DNA of 64,000 nt, from the NCBI GenBank assembly GCA_004764695.1, contig SMSO01000037.1, forward strand, positions 4,006,747 through 4,070,746, given 5' to 3'. A program made the translations under genes and the position numbers. The DNA is from Schizochytrium sp. TIO01. Taxonomy: Eukaryota; Protista; Bigyra: Labyrinthulomycetes. Shown here in pieces: positions 60,522-64,000 of the stretch (the stretch's first letter is position 1; the number at the start of each line of letters is the position of its first letter). The notes beneath the pieces were generated by a model. The model searched no databases. It was not told the origin of the DNA and saw nothing but the letters and a program-made list of their open reading frames with translations.

Positions 60522-63001
60522 ATGGCCTCCAGATCGGCAAGATTTCGGTGCGGCGATCGTGATGTGGAGACCACTACCGAGGCCCTGGAAAGAGCTCAAG
60601 GATCGCGCCTCTTTGATGCTCTAAAAGAAGCGGAGGAGCGCGAAGCCGAGGGATCTGATGAGTTAGAACGCTCCGGAAGCTTTGCAGAAAGGTCCTCCGA
60701 TACCACAGAAACCCAGAAGGACAGCTCCGGCGGGAACCTGAGTGCGTCCGAAGACGCCAAAGCCCATCTTGAGACAAGGTCTGGAGCCCAAGAGCCTTGT
60801 GATTCTGACTCTTCTGGGGGAAAAGATGCTGATCAAAATCAGGGGGGGCAGAGGAGGAATCCTTTGATTCTACAGCTGGATGAGGACTTGATGCAGTCTG
60901 TAGACGTAGACGAACTTGCAGCGATTCTGAAGTTTTATGAAGGTGCTCAAGAGGAGGCGTGGGTCCCGCAGGATGTGGAGGGAAGGAAGCGTCTCGAGAG
61001 CACTGCGAGCTCATTGAATGCGCAAGAAGCTCTCGATACGCTTCGGCGTGCGAGCATGGATTCCGAGGGAGATAATAACCGAGAGCCTAAAACGGAAATG
61101 GGACCATTTGTGGAGAATACAATTTCCCCGGGGTCCAACGTGCCACATGCACAGAGTGAGACTCCACACGCTGAAAATAGTAACATTTGTATTGATATTC
61201 AAGGCATCACAAGAAGGGGTTCTCAAACGACATCTGCTCCGTCGCAAGGCCCATCGCAAGTGCTTTGTGAACTTTCTGACTTGGTAGATGAGGCAGATGC
61301 TACGCCAGATACCGAAATTGTCTCGCCCAGTGGGATCTCTGCAACCTCAACTATGTCTTCAACGCTAGTTTCACCGACAGGAACCATGAGCGAGCCCAAC
61401 TCGCCTCCCTCATTTTCTGCATCGATTGCAGGCATGGCAGCACTAGCGCTTTCCTCGGCCTCTAGACGCATGTCTGAAGACACTGTCCAGTCAGATGCAT
61501 CATCTGTGGATGAGTACGATGTTATTGAGGATGCTGAACAAGACCAGCATCAAAATCAAGAAGGCGCGGATAACAGTCGTGTCTATGGCGAAATTCTCCA
61601 AAAGTTCGAGTCGCGTGGCGATCAATCAGGTGTTGACCAAGACAATTACGCAAATGTAACTGGTGAGTCGGGGGCAGAGGCCGTAAAGGCGACTCCTAAA
61701 TCTTGTGCAGAGGATAGCCCACATGTAGACTCTGCAGCAGATGAGCATGTTGTCAACGAAGAATGTAAAGATGAAGATGAGGTGGCGGAGCTGGAGCGAC
61801 GCATTGCCGAACTCACGACGCAAGTTCAGGACCTTGAGCTCAGTCCAGACAGTACTCTCAGCCTTCGTGCAAAAGAAAGCATTAAAGTGGAGCTTCAAAA
61901 AGCCAAATATGAGCGAGACCAGCTACTCCTCGCACAGCGTAATGCAGGAAAGAAGCTTGCGTTTAATCTCATCGTAGTAGGCTGCACCGGCCAAGGTAAA
62001 AGTAGTTCCTTGAACATGCTTTTGAATCGCAATGTGTGCCGTGTGAGTGGCGCACAAGCACAAGGCACACGCGGATGCGAGATGAATGATGGCTACATTT
62101 CAGATGATCATTTTGTAAGCTTTATTGACACTCAAGGTCTCGGTGCAGATACTTCTGTCACTGACACAGAACTACTTTCGAAAATTATGATGTCTACGGA
62201 ATCAATCAGCAAGCTGCGCATCATCAATAATGTCCTCATCTCCTTTGACACAAACACACGTGCTACTCCAGCAACGATGGCAAATGAATTAACCCTGATG
62301 GAACTTTTTGGGGAAATGCGCCAGTCTTGTTTTCTTGTCTTTACAAAATGGAACACTAATGCAGTACAGGTGGAGTGGAATCAGCCATTACGCGCCTGGT
62401 GTCGCCGCTGGCGCCGGGCAGATACTGTGGAAGAGATTGATGAAGAGCCTCCCTCATATGCTGATATGTATGCAGCTTACACCAAGTACATCTTGCGTGC
62501 AATGAATAATGATGAGGATGCTGGTGCCTTCTCCAAGATGGGTACATTTTTGTCATTCTTTGAGGCTCGCGTAGTTTGGGCGTACAATCTTGACATGCTC
62601 CAAATTGCCGATATGGAAGACGGTGAGCTCGAACCATATATTGTTAAATTGTACCACCATTACCGTGAGAAGGCCATCCAGTGCTTGCGCCAGGGATCTA
62701 CTGAGGTGCCTGTCTCAGAGATAAGTTTTCTCAAAGAAGATACCGGATACTTTGGGTCGTGTTGCCACCCGGCTTGTTGAGTCCCGCGACGAGAAAATTC
62801 GCCAGCTTGAGCGCATTGGTCTTGACATCGAAAAACGTAAAGAAATGTGCAATGTCTTTACTGACATGGCCACTTCACACTATTCCAAGATCTCAGCAGG
62901 TGACTATCTTGTTAACGACGAAACAAACCACATGGATAAAATTGCGAACCTTGCAGGGTTTTCTTCCTGAAACTCCGCGTGTCGGGTGCAACCTTATGTA
63001 A
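60522..63001 (+). CDS. AIG1/GIMAP-like (TRAFAC, septin-related) GTPase with an N-terminal split BTB/POZ-like region, coiled coil and probable C-terminal CAAX; two +1 frame breaks (~62744 and ~62960)
   Basis: G1 GCTGQGKSS (61980-62006), G2 Thr in GTRGC, G3 IDTQG (62127), G4-like FTKWN. N-terminal FRCGDRDVETTTEAL...SRL and ...LAAILKFY...VP...LESTA resemble KCTD-type BTB halves. Track ORFs 60522-62780, 62752-62970 and the end of 62759-63001 join into one reading ending ETPRVGCNLM*. Confidence 0.82.
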
Positions 63002-64000
63002 ATCTTTTGCTGTTTCCTTTTTAGTTCCACATCTTCTTTAAACATATCGTTCCCTTTTTATTTTATTCTTGTGGTTTTCCCATCCAGGTTCAAAGATTAT
63101 GTATGAAGTGCCCCTGTCTTCAATCCAATGAAGAATTGTTTTCATTACTATTTTTGAAGTTGTACTACTTTGCCTAAGAAAGTTTGCAATCTAAACCTCT
63201 GCTTAAATAAGACAACATCCTATGTGCATTTGTCCAAAAAACATTTTAGTACAGCGTGTGAAAATTTGATTAAAATACGGGGGGTAAACCCCGACTCAAT
63301 ATAAATAAATTCCTTTAATAGGTAATATAATTAGCGGAAAAAGGGTATTATATAAATATGATAATATGGTGGTCTTATGGAGAAGATTACTACAACATGA
63401 GCGACAGATTTATCTGATTAATATACCCCTTTACTATGTCTTTTAGAAAATACTGGGAATTTTGAACGTTTTGAACGTTTTGGTTCTTACATACCTAAAA
63501 AAAACTTAACAAAATATAATGTCGAACATGGTTATTGGATAGCGCACTTTGCGAGAGGCGTAGGGAAAGGTTTCAAAACATCCTTAGTAGTAGGTAGGCA
63601 CATCACAATGCGGCTTCTAGTAGTAATTTATCTGTCATGGTAGGATTCGGCCCTGCCCACATTTATTTTTGCAATAAGTACATGTGGCCCGGTACAAGAC
63701 CCTTGCGATTTAGCTGTATAAAAAAGAAAACGCAATCCCTGAGTAAACTATGAAGAATCCTGCTTGGAATTGGAGAGGCCTTCTCACAGGAAAAGGTGAT
63801 ATGAAATTTAACAGTGTTTCCAACTCTATCCCGACCATTTTAGTTATGTACAACCTTTTTATGAACATGATGAGAAGGTAACTGTACCTATGACAACGCG
63901 TTAGATTATATATGACCTCCAAATGGTGGTGTCTATTCTGTATAAATGATATATTCTAGTTGCGTAGGTCTTTATTAAGAGATAGGATGGCCAAGGAACC

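Noticed and set aside
62900-62956. GT-AG segment as the fix for the second GTPase frameshift
   Set aside because: It is 57 nt, a multiple of three, so removing it does not reach the CAAX frame.
63520-63570. GCGTAGGGAA resembling a TPP riboswitch 3' end
   Set aside because: The upstream conserved elements and pairing partners are absent.

Overview
Eukaryotic nuclear DNA with mostly intron-poor genes, GT-AG introns and AT-rich, microsatellite-laden spacers. The style suggests a thraustochytrid/labyrinthulomycete-like protist, but that is inference only. The window has three zones. (1) 1-1490: the 5' part of a minus-strand gene missed by the ORF track (>=496 aa, His/Gln/Pro-rich, basic NLS-like motif; possible nuclear regulator). 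About 36 kb with no recognisable intact gene lies directly upstream of it, and ~32 kb of that is dense in period-4 microsatellites. (2) ~33.7-46.5 kb: a plastic zone with three copies of a decayed ~400-bp repeat and a 167-bp-period duplication. It also holds an intact Crinkler-like REase+kinase gene with a mitochondrial-presequence-like N-terminus, and two apparent halves of a membrane glycoprotein gene in reversed order. (3) 46.8-63 kb: three large genes: a spliced two-WW-domain acidic disordered protein (~2060 aa), a PH/J/PH-like protein, and a BTB-like + AIG1-type GTPase whose CAAX end appears only after two +1 frameshifts. I recognised no rRNA, tRNA, CRISPR array or intact transposon. All domain calls are by-eye motif recognition; no searches were run.
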